A DNA stretch of 57,126 bases, from NCBI GenBank assembly GCA_018882975.1, contig VEQZ01000001.1, forward strand, positions 1 through 57,126, read 5' to 3'. Of the stretch, positions 8,694 through 19,862 are shown piece after piece. The number at the start of each line of letters is the position of its first letter. Positions within the stretch are counted from its first letter, which is position 1. The position numbers and the translations under genes were made by a program. Source of the stretch: Rhodocyclaceae bacterium (GTDB taxonomy: Bacteria > Pseudomonadota > Gammaproteobacteria > Burkholderiales > UBA3065). Under the pieces are notes generated by a model that had not been told where the DNA came from, ran no database searches, and saw nothing but the letters and a program-made list of their open reading frames with translations.

Positions 8694-9425
8694 ATGATCC
8701 GCCCCACCTTTGTCGCCACCGGCGCCGCCGTGCTGGCCGCGTCCCTCGCGCTGCTCGCCAGCCCCGCTGCCGCCAACGACGCACTGCGCAAGTCGCTGCA
8801 GTCGCGCTTTCCCGACCTCGGCATCGAGCAGGTCAACAAATCGCCGATCCCCGGCCTGTGGGAGGTCTACGCCGACGGCCAGATCTTCTACGCCGACGAC
8901 AAGGGCGACCACGTGCTGCTCAACGGCATGCTGGTCGACACGCGGACGCGCACCAACCTCACCGACGAGCGGCTGTCCAAGCTGCGCACCATTGACTTCG
9001 CCAGCCTGCCGCTCGACATCGCCATCAAGGAAGTCAAGGGCAACGGCAAGCGCAAGCTGGTGGTGTTCTCCGATGCCGACTGCCCGTTCTGCAAGCGCTT
9101 GGAGAAGTCCCTGCTCGAGGTGACCGATGTGACCGTCTACACCTTCCTCTACCCCATCGACAAACTGCACCCGCAGGCCAACGAGCGCTCGCGGCGCGTC
9201 TGGTGCAGCGCCGACCGGCTCCGTGCTTGGAAGGACTGGATGCTCGAGGGCCGGAACCCGACTGCCGCCGCCGATTGCGACAACCCGGTCGCCAAGGTCG
9301 CCGCGCTGGGCGAGAAGTACCGCGTCAACGGCACGCCGACGCTAGTCTTTTCCAATGGCCGCACGGTGCCCGGCGCGCTCGGCGCCAAGGACATCGAGCG
9401 CTACTTGAACGACGCCGGCAAGTAA
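8694..9425 (+). CDS. dsbC: Thiol:disulfide interchange protein DsbC/DsbG family
   Basis: Internal ATG of track ORF 8547..9425 gives a signal peptide (MIRPTFVATGAAVLAASLALLASPAAA), a dimerisation domain and a thioredoxin motif (FSDADCPFCKRLE). Confidence 0.8.
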   Translation: MIRPTFVATGAAVLAASLALLASPAAANDALRKSLQSRFPDLGIEQVNKSPIPGLWEVYADGQIFYADDKGDHVLLNGMLVDTRTRTNLTDERLSKLRTIDFASLPLDIAIKEVKGNGKRKLVVFSDADCPFCKRLEKSLLEVTDVTVYTFLYPIDKLHPQANERSRRVWCSADRLRAWKDWMLEGRNPTAAADCDNPVAKVAALGEKYRVNGTPTLVFSNGRTVPGALGAKDIERYLNDAGK

Positions 9426-9429
9426 GCCC

Positions 9430-10734
9430 TCACTGTCGCGGCCGCAGCACCCACATCCGCCCGGGCTGCTGCATGCGGCCGGCTTTGGCGGCGGCCACCT
9501 CCCCGCGGCCCCAGAACAGGTCGGCACGGACGCTGCCGCGAATGGCGCCGCCGGTGTCCTGCGCCGCCATCAGCCGGCGGATGGCGCTGCCATCGTCGGG
9601 GTCGGTGGTGGCGAGCCACACCGGGCTGCCGAGCGGCACCGCGTTCACATCCACGGCGATGCTGCGCGCGGGTGTGAGCGGCACGCCGAGCGAGCCGGGC
9701 GGGCCGTCCTCGCTCGGCGGCAGTTCGCGGAAGAACACGTAACTGGGGTTGGTGGCCAGCACGGCGTCGCGCTCGGCCGGGTTGGCAGCCAGCCAGGCGC
9801 GGATCGACTGCATGCTCACACCGTCGCGGCTCAGTGCGCCTCGCTCCACCAGTGACTTGCCCACGGCGCGGTAGGGATGGCCGTTCTGGTCGGCGTAACC
9901 CAGACGCAGGACGCTGCCATCGTCCAGTTGCAGGCGACCGGAACCCTGCACCTGCATGAAGAACAGGTCGACCGGGTCGGCGGCCCAGGCGAGGACGGGC
10001 GCGGGTAGCGGCGCTGAAAGGAGCTTTCCGTTGGCCGTTCCATTTCCATTGCCGCTGCCATTGCCGGTTCCGCCGCCGTTGCTGGCGAGTTTGGCGGCTG
10101 CGCTGCGCGCATCGATCTCGGCGCGGCTGGCGTAGGGCACCAGCCGGCGTCCGTCGAGCCGTCCGCGCAGGCGCTTGCCCTTGAGGTCGGGATCGATGGC
10201 GACCAGGTCGACGCTGATCAGGTCGTCCGGCACACCGTGGACGGGCACGCTGCAGTCTGGCTTGCGCGCGCGGCAGGCGCGGATCTCCGGCTCGTAGTAG
10301 CCGGTGACCAAGCCCTCGCTGCCGCCATTGCCGTTGCTGAGTTCGACCGGCTCGAAGCGCGCTTCCCAGAAGGCGCGCGCGGCCGCGTCGTCGCCGGCAA
10401 GCACGGAACGCGCGGCGGCGCAGGCCGCCGCCAGCGGCTTGTCTGGCTTGATCGCCTTGCAGCCGTTGAGGAACACCGCCAGCGCCTCGGCGTGGCGGTC
10501 GTCGGCCCAGCCCGGCAGGTCGGCAAAGCTCACCACGCGGCCGGTGGCCTGTGTGGCCGGGGCCGGGCGCGCTTCGGCGGCGGCAGGGGCGGACGCGGCT
10601 GGTGCCGGTTGCGCCGGGCGCGTGGCGGGCAGCGGCTCACGCGGCGGCGGGCGCCCGGGCAGGCGCAGTTGCGCGCAGCCGGCAAGCACGGCGAGCACGG
10701 CGATGCCCGGAACCGCCTGGCGCAGCGCCGCCAT
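9430..10734 (-). CDS. mltA: Membrane-bound lytic murein transglycosylase A (lipoprotein)
   Basis: The C-terminal 434 aa of track ORF 9430..11301 start at MAALRQAVPGIAVLAVLAGC (lipobox). MltA/3D-domain motifs are present: GLVTGYYEP, LGYADQNGHPY, VFFRE, DTGGAI. The upstream part of the track ORF overlaps apaG out of frame. Confidence 0.8.
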   Translation of the reverse strand: MAALRQAVPGIAVLAVLAGCAQLRLPGRPPPREPLPATRPAQPAPAASAPAAAEARPAPATQATGRVVSFADLPGWADDRHAEALAVFLNGCKAIKPDKPLAAACAAARSVLAGDDAAARAFWEARFEPVELSNGNGGSEGLVTGYYEPEIRACRARKPDCSVPVHGVPDDLISVDLVAIDPDLKGKRLRGRLDGRRLVPYASRAEIDARSAAAKLASNGGGTGNGSGNGNGTANGKLLSAPLPAPVLAWAADPVDLFFMQVQGSGRLQLDDGSVLRLGYADQNGHPYRAVGKSLVERGALSRDGVSMQSIRAWLAANPAERDAVLATNPSYVFFRELPPSEDGPPGSLGVPLTPARSIAVDVNAVPLGSPVWLATTDPDDGSAIRRLMAAQDTGGAIRGSVRADLFWGRGEVAAAKAGRMQQPGRMWVLRPRQ

Positions 10735-10826
10735 CGGGGGGGAAGGCCGCGGCGCGGAAGGCCGCGGGGGAGAAGGCCGCGGCGCGGTCACCGGGGGCTC
10801 GGCTGCCGGGCGCACCGCATGCAGCT

Positions 10827-11210
10827 TCAGTGCAGCGTCCTCGGCAGGCACAGCTGAAACGGCGGGATCTCGGCCTCGAAGCGGGTGCCGTCGGCGGCGA
10901 CCATCTGATAGCTGCCATGCATGGTTCCCACCGGCGTGCCGATGGATGCGCTGCTGGTGTACTCGAAGTGCTGACCGGGCGCCAGCCAGGGCTGCTCGCC
11001 GACCACACCCTGACCGCGCACCTCCTGCAGGCGCTTGAGCGCATCGGTGATCACCCAATGGCGTGCCACCAGTTGCGCCGGCACCGAGCCGCTGTTGCGG
11101 ATGGTCACCGTGTAGCCGAACACGTAGCGGTCGGCGACGATGTCCGACTGCTCGGGGAGGAACACGGCGTGGGCCGTGACCTCGATGCGGTGGATGGCGT
11201 CGTCGCTCAT
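10827..11210 (-). CDS. apaG: ApaG (DUF525) protein
   Basis: 127-aa [31 protein letters not shown]...[16 protein letters not shown] is typical ApaG. Confidence 0.85.
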   Translation of the reverse strand: MSDDAIHRIEVTAHAVFLPEQSDIVADRYVFGYTVTIRNSGSVPAQLVARHWVITDALKRLQEVRGQGVVGEQPWLAPGQHFEYTSSASIGTPVGTMHGSYQMVAADGTRFEAEIPPFQLCLPRTLH

Positions 11211-11310
11211 GGCGCGATTGCAACGGATTTCGGGCTCGTGCGCAAGGCGCGCTGGTGCGCGCGCGGGCCTCGGTTACACTGGCGGGCTTTCGAAACGGCA
11301 CCGCCGGCCC

Positions 11311-12057
11311 ATGTCCGCAGACCCGAAGTCCGGATTCGTCATCGCCCCGAGCCTCCTCTCAGCCGATTTTGCGCGGCTGGGCGAGGAGGTGCGCAACGTT
11401 GTCGCCGCCGGCGGCGACTGGATCCACTTCGACGTGATGGATAACCATTACGTGCCCAATCTGACCATCGGCCCGCTGGTGTGCGCCGCCATCCGTCCGC
11501 ACACCGCCGCGACCATCGACGTGCACCTCATGGTGCGCCCGGTCGACCGCATCGTGCCCGACTTCGCCCGCGCCGGCGCTGATCTGATCAGCTTCCACCC
11601 CGAGGCCTCGGACCACGTCGACCGCACCCTGAGCCTGATCCGTGAGCAGGGCTGCCAGGCCGGGCTGGTGCTCAACCCGGCCACGCCGTTGATGCACCTC
11701 GAGCACGTCCTCGACAAGCTCGATCTGGTGCTGCTGATGTCGGTGAACCCCGGCTTCGGCGGACAATCGTTCATCGCTTCCACGCTTCCCAAGTTGCGCG
11801 CCGTGCGTGCGCTGCTCGACACCCACGCGCGCGAGACCGGCCACCGTATCCGCCTCGAGGTGGACGGCGGCATCAAGGTCGACAACATCGCCGAAGTGGC
11901 GCGAGCCGGCGCCGACACCTTCGTCGCCGGCTCGGCGATCTTTGGCGCCGCCCGCGACAGCGACCAGCACCGCTACGACAGCGTCATCGCCGCCATGCGC
12001 GCGGCGCTGGCTGGCGTCGCGCCCGCCGCGGCCGGCAGTCGGCACGGCAGCCACTGA
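11311..12057 (+). CDS. rpe: Ribulose-phosphate 3-epimerase
   Basis: Internal ATG of track ORF 11140..12057. Sequence [17 protein letters not shown]...[17 protein letters not shown]...[12 protein letters not shown]. Confidence 0.9.
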   Translation: MSADPKSGFVIAPSLLSADFARLGEEVRNVVAAGGDWIHFDVMDNHYVPNLTIGPLVCAAIRPHTAATIDVHLMVRPVDRIVPDFARAGADLISFHPEASDHVDRTLSLIREQGCQAGLVLNPATPLMHLEHVLDKLDLVLLMSVNPGFGGQSFIASTLPKLRAVRALLDTHARETGHRIRLEVDGGIKVDNIAEVARAGADTFVAGSAIFGAARDSDQHRYDSVIAAMRAALAGVAPAAAGSRHGSH

Positions 12058-12075
12058 CGCCGCGAGGACCGTCCT

Positions 12076-12840
12076 GTGACCGCGAACGCTCTCGCCAGGC
12101 CCGCCGCCGCCACCGCACAAGTTGCCAGCGACTGCGTCCCGCCCCTTACGGTGCGGGCACTGCTCATCGACCTTGACGGCACACTGCTCGAGTCGGGACC
12201 CGACCTCGCCCGCGCCATGAACCGCACACTGGCGGAGCAGGGTCTGGGCGAACTGCACCTGCCGCAGGTAGTCAGTTTCATCGGTCGCGGACTGGCTCAT
12301 TTGTTGAGCCAGTCCCTGCAGGTGGCTTTGGGGCGCACGCCCGCCCAAGTCGAGGTCGATGCCCTGTTGCCGCGCTTTGAGGCACACTACGAGGACCTGC
12401 TGGGCTTCGATTCGCCACCCTACCCGGGCGTTGTCGAAGGTCTTGGCGTGTTGCGCGAGGCCGGCTTCGCGCTGGCCTGCGTCACCAACAAACACGAGCG
12501 CTTCACCCTGCCGCTGCTGGCGAAGACCGGGCTCGCACCGTTCTTTGACCTGGTGGTGAGCGGCGACACCTGTGCCCGCAAGAAACCGCACCCGGACATG
12601 CTGCTGCACGCTTGCATGCACTTCGGCGTGACCCCGGCCGAGGCGCTGATGGTCGGCGACTCGAGCAACGATGTCGAAGCCGCGCGCGCCGCCGGTTGCC
12701 CGGTGTGGTGCCTGCCCTACGGCTACAACGAAGGCGGCCCGGGCGTGCCGCCTGCTGCCGACCGCCTCATCGGCTCGATGCTCGAACTTCCGGCCTTGCT
12801 GGCACTGGCCGGTCGCGACCGGGCGATGGGCAAGCCATGA
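12076..12840 (+). CDS. gph: Phosphoglycolate phosphatase (HAD superfamily)
   Basis: 254-aa ORF with a GTG start. HAD motif I is LIDLDGTL, and VGDSSNDVEAARAAG is present. It sits in the canonical position after rpe. Confidence 0.8.
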   Translation: MTANALARPAAATAQVASDCVPPLTVRALLIDLDGTLLESGPDLARAMNRTLAEQGLGELHLPQVVSFIGRGLAHLLSQSLQVALGRTPAQVEVDALLPRFEAHYEDLLGFDSPPYPGVVEGLGVLREAGFALACVTNKHERFTLPLLAKTGLAPFFDLVVSGDTCARKKPHPDMLLHACMHFGVTPAEALMVGDSSNDVEAARAAGCPVWCLPYGYNEGGPGVPPAADRLIGSMLELPALLALAGRDRAMGKP

Positions 12841-14393
12841 ACCGCGAGGACTTCGACCGTCTGGCAGCGGCCGGCCACACGCTCATTCCGGTGATGCGGG
12901 AAACCTACGCCGACCTCGAGACGCCGCTCACTGTCTACCTCAAGCTCGCCAACCGGCCGGACTCCTTCCTGCTGGAGTCGGTGGTGGGCGGCGAGCGCTT
13001 CGGGCGCTACTCGATCATCGGTCTGCCCGCACGCGAACGCTTGGTGGTGCGGGCTCATGACGTGAGCCTAGAGCGCGACCGGCGTGTCGTCTGGTGTCGC
13101 GAAGCCGCCGATCCGCTCGATGCGGTGCGCGGGCACATGGCTGCGGTCAGGGCCGCCCCCTGCGAGGGCCCGGCGCGCTTCGCCGGCGGCCTGTCGGGCT
13201 ACTTTGCCTACGACATCGTCCGTTACGTCGAGAAGCGCCTGGCCGACAGCGCCCCGCCCGACCCGCTTGGCCTGCCCGACATCCTGCTGCTGGTCAGCCA
13301 CGAACTCGCAGTGTTCGACAACCTGCGCGGCAAACTCTCGCTGATCGTCTGGGCCGAACCGACGCAGCCCGACGCCTTCAACTTGGCCCAGAAACGCCTC
13401 GATGCGCTCACCGCGCAGCTGGATCAAGTCGCGCATGCGCCCGCCGCGGTCAGTGCGCCGCCGGTCGATGCGGTGCGCGAATGGCCGGAGTCGGGCTTTC
13501 TGCAGGCGGTCGAGGCGGCCAAGGAGTACATCCGCGCCGGCGACATCATGCAGGTGGTGCTGGCCAACCGCCGCCGCCGGCCGCTCAAGGCGCACCCGCT
13601 GTCGCTGTACCGTGCGCTGCGCAGCCTCAACCCCTCGCCCTACATGTTCTATTACGACTTCGGAGAATTCCACGTGGTCGGCGCCAGCCCGGAAATCCTG
13701 GTACGGCTCGAGGACGGCATGGTCAATGTGCGGCCGATCGCCGGCACCCGGCCGCGCGGCGCCACGCCCGAGGAAGACCGCGCGCTGGGCGAGGACCTGC
13801 TGGCCGACCCCAAGGAGCGCGCCGAACACGTGCAGCTGATGGACCTCGGCCGCAACGACGTCGGCCGCGTCGCGCAGACCGGCAGCGTGCGCGTAACCGA
13901 CCACATGGTGATCGAGCGCTACTCGCACGTGATGCACATCGTCTCCAACGTGCAGGGCCAGCTCAAGCCGGGCCTCGACGCTATCGACGCGCTCAAGGCG
14001 ACCTTCCCCGCCGGCACGCTGTCCGGCGCGCCCAAGGTGCGGGCAATGCAGATCATCGACGAGTTCGAACCGACCCGGCGCGGCGTCTACGGCGGCGCAG
14101 TGGGCTACCTCGACTACAGCGGCAATATGGATGTGGCCATCGCCATCCGCACCGGTGTGGTCAAGGACGGGCAGCTGTATGTAGAGGCCGGTGCCGGTAT
14201 CGTCGCCGACTCGGTGCCGCAGTCGGAGTGGCAGGAGACCGAGAACAAGGCGCGCGCGGTGCTGCGCGCGGCGGAGCTGGCCGAACAGATCAACACCGCA
14301 CAGCCCCACCCGCGTGGGGTGCCGGACGCGCCCTCCGAGCATGTAAGCCGAACGCCCGCGCCCGCATCGGCGCCCGGGAATCCACCGACATGA
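12837..14393 (+). CDS. trpE: Anthranilate synthase component I
   Basis: ATG at 12837 overlaps the gph stop (ATGA). Sequence MNREDFDRLAAAGHTLIPVMRE...LLESVVGGERFGRYS...GAVGYLDYSGNMDVAIAIRT. It carries a ~35-aa Pro-rich C-terminal tail. Confidence 0.9.
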   Translation: MNREDFDRLAAAGHTLIPVMRETYADLETPLTVYLKLANRPDSFLLESVVGGERFGRYSIIGLPARERLVVRAHDVSLERDRRVVWCREAADPLDAVRGHMAAVRAAPCEGPARFAGGLSGYFAYDIVRYVEKRLADSAPPDPLGLPDILLLVSHELAVFDNLRGKLSLIVWAEPTQPDAFNLAQKRLDALTAQLDQVAHAPAAVSAPPVDAVREWPESGFLQAVEAAKEYIRAGDIMQVVLANRRRRPLKAHPLSLYRALRSLNPSPYMFYYDFGEFHVVGASPEILVRLEDGMVNVRPIAGTRPRGATPEEDRALGEDLLADPKERAEHVQLMDLGRNDVGRVAQTGSVRVTDHMVIERYSHVMHIVSNVQGQLKPGLDAIDALKATFPAGTLSGAPKVRAMQIIDEFEPTRRGVYGGAVGYLDYSGNMDVAIAIRTGVVKDGQLYVEAGAGIVADSVPQSEWQETENKARAVLRAAELAEQINTAQPHPRGVPDAPSEHVSRTPAPASAPGNPPT

Positions 14394-15298
14394 ACGCACC
14401 ACACCTGCCACTCCCCGGCGATGCCCGCATCGAGCGGCTCGCCATCGTCGGTGTCGGCCTGATCGGCGGCTCGCTGGCGGCGGCCCTGCGCGAGGCGGGT
14501 AGGGTGGACACGGTGGTCGGCATCGGCCGCTCGCAGGCCACCCTCGACGAGGCCATCCGGCTCGGCCTGATCGACCACGGCTTCACCGACGCCGCCACCG
14601 GCGTCCGCGGCGCCGACATGGTGGTGCTGGCCATGCCGGTGGGGCAGACCGGCCGCATGCTGGCCACCATCGCGCCGGGGGTCGGGCCACGGACAATCGT
14701 CACCGATGCCGGTAGCACCAAATCGGACGTGGTCGCTGCTGCGCGCGAACACTTCGCCGCGCACATGCGCCAGTTCGTCCCTGCGCACCCGATTGCCGGT
14801 GACGAAAAGAGCGGGCCGTCGGCCGCGCGGGCCAACCTCTACCGTGGCCGCAACGTCGTCACCACGCCGCTGGCCGAGACCGACGCGGCGGCGGTGGCTC
14901 GCGTCGAGGCGATGTGGCGCAGTGCCGGCGCTGTGATCCACCGCATGACGCCGCAGCAGCACGACGACGTGTTCGCCACCGTGTCGCACCTGCCGCACCT
15001 GCTGGCCTACGCGCTGGTGGCGCAAGTGGCGCTCGACCCCGACCACGAGCGGCTGTTCTCGTATGCGGCTTCCGGCTTCCGCGACTTCACGCGCATCGCC
15101 GGCAGCCACCCCGAGATGTGGCGCGATATCGCGCTGGCGAATCGCGAGGCGCTGCTCAACCGGCTCGATGGCTACACCGCGCAGGTGGCGCAACTGCGTG
15201 CCGCGCTGGTGACCGGCGACGGCGCGGCGCTGGAGCGGACCTTCGCACTGGCCAAAGACGCGCGCGCCGAGTGGCTGCGCCGCACCGGGCAGGGCTGA
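14390..15298 (+). CDS. tyrA: Prephenate/arogenate dehydrogenase
   Basis: ATG at 14390 overlaps the trpE stop (ATGA). Sequence [15 protein letters not shown]...DAGSTK...HPIAG...[10 protein letters not shown]. The first ~430 aa of track ORF 13094..15298 are an out-of-frame shadow of trpE. Confidence 0.85.
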   Translation: MNAPHLPLPGDARIERLAIVGVGLIGGSLAAALREAGRVDTVVGIGRSQATLDEAIRLGLIDHGFTDAATGVRGADMVVLAMPVGQTGRMLATIAPGVGPRTIVTDAGSTKSDVVAAAREHFAAHMRQFVPAHPIAGDEKSGPSAARANLYRGRNVVTTPLAETDAAAVARVEAMWRSAGAVIHRMTPQQHDDVFATVSHLPHLLAYALVAQVALDPDHERLFSYAASGFRDFTRIAGSHPEMWRDIALANREALLNRLDGYTAQVAQLRAALVTGDGAALERTFALAKDARAEWLRRTGQG

Positions 15299-15398
15299 GG
15301 CCGGCGCCGCCCTCGCGCCCCGCGACGGCGCTCCCCTGCCACGCCCCTCAGCGCCCGCTCGCCTTGAACCCCACACCCGCCCTCCGCCCGCACGCGCC

Positions 15399-17405
15399 AT
15401 GAGCCATACCACCGCTTCCCTGCTCCTGCCGCCGGTAAGCCGCGCCGCAGGAACCGTGCGCCTGCCCGGCTCCAAGAGCATCTCCAACCGCTGCCTGCTG
15501 CTGGCGGCGCTGGCGCGCGGCACCACCACCCTGCGCGGCGTGCTGGATGCCGACGACACGCGAGTGATGCGCGACGCGCTCACCGCCCTCGGCATCCGCC
15601 TAAGCCATTTGGGCGCGGCTGGCGGCGGCAGCGACGACTGGCAGGTCGAGGGCGCCGGAAGCGTGTTCCCGGTCAAGCAGGCCGACCTCTTCCTCGGCAA
15701 CGCCGGCACCGCCATCCGCCCGCTCACCGCAGCGCTGGCGCTCAGCGGCGGCGAATACACGGTGCGTGGCGTGCCGCGCATGCATGAGCGGCCGATCGGC
15801 GACCTGGTCGACGCGCTGCGCGCCGCCGGTGCGGCCATCGACTGCACGCAGAATGAGGGCTACCCGCCGCTCGCCATCCACCCGGCCCTATTGCGCAACG
15901 GTTTGCGCGACGCGGCCATTCGCGTGCGCGGTGACGTCTCCAGCCAGTTCCTCACCGCCCTGCTGATGGCGTTGCCCCTGACCGGCCGCGAGAGCCACAT
16001 CGAGGTGGTCGGCGAGCTGATCAGCAAGCCCTACATTGAGATCACGCTCAAACTGATGCAGCGCTTCGGCCTCACGGTGACGCGCGAGGGCTGGAGCCGC
16101 TTCCACGTGCCGCCCGGGCCGTACATTGCGCCGGGCGAACTGCACGTCGAGGGCGATGCCTCGGGCGCATCATACTTTCTGGCGGCGGGCCTGCTCGGCG
16201 GCGGCCCGGTGCGGGTGGAAGGCGTCGATGCCGACTCGATCCAAGGCGACATCGCCTTTGCCGATGCCCTGCGCGGGCTCGGCGCGACCATCACCTCCGG
16301 CCCCGGCTGGCTCGAGGCCAGCGGCTCGGGCAGCGTCCGCGCCTTCGACGCCGACCTCAACCACATCCCCGACGCCGCCATGACGCTGGCGGTGTGTGCG
16401 CTGCGTGCCGACGGCCCGTGCCGGCTCCGCAACATCGGCTCGTGGCGGGTCAAGGAGACCGACCGCATCCACGCCATGGCCACCGAGTTGCGCAAGGTCG
16501 GCGCGATGGTGGAGGAAGGCCCGGACTGGCTGCGCATTACGCCACCGGCCACGCTCAACTTTGCCGCCGTCGACACCTACGACGACCACCGTATGGCGAT
16601 GTGCTTTTCCCTAGTCGCGCTGATGGGCGCGCCGGTGCGCATCGTTGATCCGGGCTGCACCGCCAAAACCTACCCCGGCTACTTCGACGACCTGAACAAT
16701 CTCTTGCCGGCCGACGAGCTGGCGCGCGGCACGGTGCCAGTGATCGCCATCGACGGCACCGCCGCATCGGGCAAAGGGACGATTGCGCAACGGGTGGCAG
16801 CGGCGCTCGGCTGGGCCTACCTCGACTCGGGCGCGCTGTATCGCGTCGTCGGGCATGCGGCGGAGACCGCCGGCATCGACCTCGACGATGGCGTGGCGCT
16901 GGCTGCGCTCGCCTGCCGCCTCGACATCCGCTTTGCCGGCGAGCGGATCATGGTGGACGGCGCCGATGTCAGCGCGGCGGTGCGCAGCGCTGCTGCCGGC
17001 ACGGCGGCCAGCCGCGTCGCCGTGCACCCGGCGCTGCGTGCCGCACTGCTGCAGCGTCAGCGCGCCTTCCGCAACCTGCCGGGCCTGGTCGCCGACGGAC
17101 GTGACATGGGCTCGGTGGTGTTCAGCGACGCCCGACTGAAAATCTATCTGACTGCCTCGGTGGCCGAGCGCGCGCGCCGCCGTCACCTGCAATTACAGAA
17201 CAAGACCTTGAATCACAAGGGCGATGGTGTTAGTCTCGCCGCCCTCGAGCAGGAACTGGCCGAGCGTGACGCACGCGATGCATCCCGCCTCACCGCCCCG
17301 CTCAAGGTCTGTCCCGGCGCTGTCGTCATCGACTCCACCGAACTCGGCATCGACGCCGTGGTGGATCGGGTGATGCAGGCGGCGCGGGACGCCGGTCTGG
17401 TCTGA
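15399..17405 (+). CDS. aroA: Fused 3-phosphoshikimate 1-carboxyvinyltransferase / cytidylate kinase
   Basis: Single 668-aa ORF. The N-terminal ~440 aa is EPSP synthase ([28 protein letters not shown]). The C-terminal ~220 aa is Cmk ([19 protein letters not shown]...LDSGALYR...[10 protein letters not shown]), with no intervening stop. Confidence 0.85.
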   Translation: MSHTTASLLLPPVSRAAGTVRLPGSKSISNRCLLLAALARGTTTLRGVLDADDTRVMRDALTALGIRLSHLGAAGGGSDDWQVEGAGSVFPVKQADLFLGNAGTAIRPLTAALALSGGEYTVRGVPRMHERPIGDLVDALRAAGAAIDCTQNEGYPPLAIHPALLRNGLRDAAIRVRGDVSSQFLTALLMALPLTGRESHIEVVGELISKPYIEITLKLMQRFGLTVTREGWSRFHVPPGPYIAPGELHVEGDASGASYFLAAGLLGGGPVRVEGVDADSIQGDIAFADALRGLGATITSGPGWLEASGSGSVRAFDADLNHIPDAAMTLAVCALRADGPCRLRNIGSWRVKETDRIHAMATELRKVGAMVEEGPDWLRITPPATLNFAAVDTYDDHRMAMCFSLVALMGAPVRIVDPGCTAKTYPGYFDDLNNLLPADELARGTVPVIAIDGTAASGKGTIAQRVAAALGWAYLDSGALYRVVGHAAETAGIDLDDGVALAALACRLDIRFAGERIMVDGADVSAAVRSAAAGTAASRVAVHPALRAALLQRQRAFRNLPGLVADGRDMGSVVFSDARLKIYLTASVAERARRRHLQLQNKTLNHKGDGVSLAALEQELAERDARDASRLTAPLKVCPGAVVIDSTELGIDAVVDRVMQAARDAGLV

Positions 17406-17540
17406 TCCGCTTCTCGCCGCCGCGCGGCGCGTCCCTGACACACCAACCACCCGCAGCACAGGTGCCCGAGGCCGCCCGGCCAACGGTGTTCGCAATCAAC
17501 CCCGGCACTCACCCGCCGGGCCGATGGAAACCTCTGATCA

Positions 17541-19256
17541 ATGTCCACTGCAACCGCAACCGCAACCCAGCACGCCCCCGAAAGTTTTGCCGCGCTCTTC
17601 GAAGAGAGCCTGAGCCGTCAGGAGATGCGCTCCGGCGAGATCATCACCGCCGAAGTCGTGCGCATCGAACCCAACTTCGTCGTCGTCAACGCCGGCCTCA
17701 AGTCCGAGAGCTTCGTGCCCATCGAGGAGTTCCGTGACGACCGCGGCGAACTCGAGGTCGCCGAAGGCGATTTCGTGCAGGTCGCCATCGAGTCGCTCGA
17801 GAACGGCTTTGGCGAGACCCGCCTGTCGCGCGACCGCGCCAAGCGTCTGGCGGCGTGGCATGCGCTGGAGGCAGCCATGGAAGCCGGCACCACGGTTGAA
17901 GGTTTCGTCACCGGCAAGGTCAAGGGCGGCCTGACCGCCATGGTCAACGGCATCCGCGCCTTCCTGCCCGGCTCGCTGGTCGACACCCGCCCGGTCAAGG
18001 ACACCACTCCGTTCGAAGGCAAGGCCTTCGAGTTCAAGGTCATCAAGCTCGACCGCAAGCGCAACAACGTGGTGGTGAGCCGCCGCGCAGTGCTTGAGCA
18101 GAGCATGGGGGCAGACCGCGCGCAGTTGCTGGAAACGCTGAAGGAAGGCGCGATCATCAAAGGTGTGGTCAAGAACCTCACCGACTACGGCGCCTTTGTC
18201 GATCTCGGTGGCATCGACGGCCTGCTGCACATCACCGACATCGCCTGGCGGCGCGTCAAGCACCCGTCGGAAGTGCTCAATGTCGGCGACGAGGTCGAGG
18301 CCAAGGTGCTGCGCTTCGATCAGGAAAAGAACCGTGTCTCGCTGGGCATCAAGCAACTCGGCGACGACCCGTGGGTCGGCATCGCCCGCCGTTACCCGCA
18401 AGGCACCCGCCTGTTCGGCAAGGTCACCAACATCACCGACTACGGCGCCTTCGTCGAGATCGAGCCGGGCATTGAGGGCCTGGTGCACGTCTCCGAAATG
18501 GACTGGACCAACAAGAACGTCAACCCGGGCCGCGTCTGCCAAGTCGGCGACGAGACCGAAGTCATGATCCTCGAGATCGACGGCGACCGCCGCCGCATCT
18601 CGCTGGGCATGAAGCAGTGCATGTCGAACCCGTGGGACGAGTTCGCCGCCAACCACGCCAAGGGCGACCGCGTCCGTGGCCAAGTCAAGTCGATCACCGA
18701 CTTCGGCGTGTTCATCGGCCTGCCGGGCGGCATCGACGGCCTCGTCCACCTCTCCGACCTGTCCTGGTCGGAAGCCGGCGAGGAAGCCGTCAAGCGCTTC
18801 AAGAAGGGCGAGGAACTCGAGGCTGTGGTGCTGGCCATCGACGTCGAGCGCGAGCGCATCAGCCTCGGCATCAAGCAGATCGAGGGCGACCCGTTCTCGA
18901 GCTTCGCCAGCAGCCATGACAAGGGCAAGGTGGTCGTGGGTACTGTCAAGAGCGTCGATGCCAAGGGTGCCGTGATCGAACTGGACGGCGACCAGGAAGG
19001 CTACCTGCGCGCTTCGGAATGGTCGCGTGACCGCGTCGAGGACCTGCGCGCCTTCCTCAAGGAAGGTGACAGCGTCGAGGCGATGGTGATCAACGTCGAC
19101 CGCAAGAACCGTTCGATCCAGTTGTCGGTCAAGGCCAAGGACTTTGCCGAAGAGACCGAAGCCATGAAGCAGTACACCGAGAGCCCGGCCAGCACCGGCA
19201 CCACCAACCTCGGCGCGCTGCTCAAGGCCAAGCTCGACAGCGGCAAGAGCGAGTAA
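17541..19256 (+). CDS. rpsA: 30S ribosomal protein S1
   Basis: 571-aa ORF with six S1 domains (repeated ...G.V..I.DYGAFV.L..GI.GL.H.S...W). Confidence 0.95.
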   Translation: MSTATATATQHAPESFAALFEESLSRQEMRSGEIITAEVVRIEPNFVVVNAGLKSESFVPIEEFRDDRGELEVAEGDFVQVAIESLENGFGETRLSRDRAKRLAAWHALEAAMEAGTTVEGFVTGKVKGGLTAMVNGIRAFLPGSLVDTRPVKDTTPFEGKAFEFKVIKLDRKRNNVVVSRRAVLEQSMGADRAQLLETLKEGAIIKGVVKNLTDYGAFVDLGGIDGLLHITDIAWRRVKHPSEVLNVGDEVEAKVLRFDQEKNRVSLGIKQLGDDPWVGIARRYPQGTRLFGKVTNITDYGAFVEIEPGIEGLVHVSEMDWTNKNVNPGRVCQVGDETEVMILEIDGDRRRISLGMKQCMSNPWDEFAANHAKGDRVRGQVKSITDFGVFIGLPGGIDGLVHLSDLSWSEAGEEAVKRFKKGEELEAVVLAIDVERERISLGIKQIEGDPFSSFASSHDKGKVVVGTVKSVDAKGAVIELDGDQEGYLRASEWSRDRVEDLRAFLKEGDSVEAMVINVDRKNRSIQLSVKAKDFAEETEAMKQYTESPASTGTTNLGALLKAKLDSGKSE

Positions 19257-19274
19257 ACCGGGAGGCCACGTCAG

Positions 19275-19568
19275 GTGACCAAATCCGAGCTGATCGCGCA
19301 ACTTTCGGTGCGCTTTCCGCAGTTGGTGCTGAAGGATGCCGAAATCGCGGTTCGGACCATCCTCGATGCGATGTCGCAAAGCCTGTGCGAAGGCCAACGC
19401 ATCGAGATCCGCGGTTTCGGCAGCTTCAGTCTCAATTACCGTCCGCCGCGTCAGGGGCGCAACCCCAAGACCGGCGAGACGGTGCCGGTGCCGGCCAAGC
19501 GCGTGCCGCATTTCAAGGCCGGCAAGGAGCTGCGTGACCGCGTCGACGAGAGCGCAAGGCTCGGCTGA
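19275..19568 (+). CDS. ihfB: Integration host factor subunit beta
   Basis: 97-aa ORF with a GTG start. MTKSELI...[43 protein letters not shown]. Confidence 0.9.
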   Translation: MTKSELIAQLSVRFPQLVLKDAEIAVRTILDAMSQSLCEGQRIEIRGFGSFSLNYRPPRQGRNPKTGETVPVPAKRVPHFKAGKELRDRVDESARLG

Positions 19569-19580
19569 GGACCACATTCC

Positions 19581-19862
19581 TTGACCCGACTCGCGCAGGT
19601 CCTCGCGTGGCTGGTCAAGGGCCTGCTGTTTCTGCTGCTGCTCGGCCTGGCGATCAAGAACAGCGACCCGGTCACGCTGCGCTACTACCTCGGTCTGGAG
19701 TGGCAGGCGCCGCTGGCGCTCGTCCTCTTCGCGTTTTTTCTGGCCGGAGCCCTGATGGGGCTGCTCGCCCTGCTCGCGCCGTGGGTGCGCCAACGCAGCG
19801 AGATCCGCCGCCTGCGTGCCGAACTCTCGCACGGCAACCCGCGCGACGGTCCGCATGCTTGA
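19581..19862 (+). CDS. lapA: LapA-like lipopolysaccharide assembly protein (DUF1049)
   Basis: 93-aa ORF (TTG start) with two TM helices, in the canonical position between ihfB and lapB. Confidence 0.6.
   Translation: MTRLAQVLAWLVKGLLFLLLLGLAIKNSDPVTLRYYLGLEWQAPLALVLFAFFLAGALMGLLALLAPWVRQRSEIRRLRAELSHGNPRDGPHA

Noticed and set aside
13068-15847. 447-aa and 577-aa minus-strand ORFs; also the N-terminal ~430 aa of plus ORF 13094..15298
   Set aside because: They are shadows of trpE, tyrA and aroA. The sense frames carry unmistakable family motifs.
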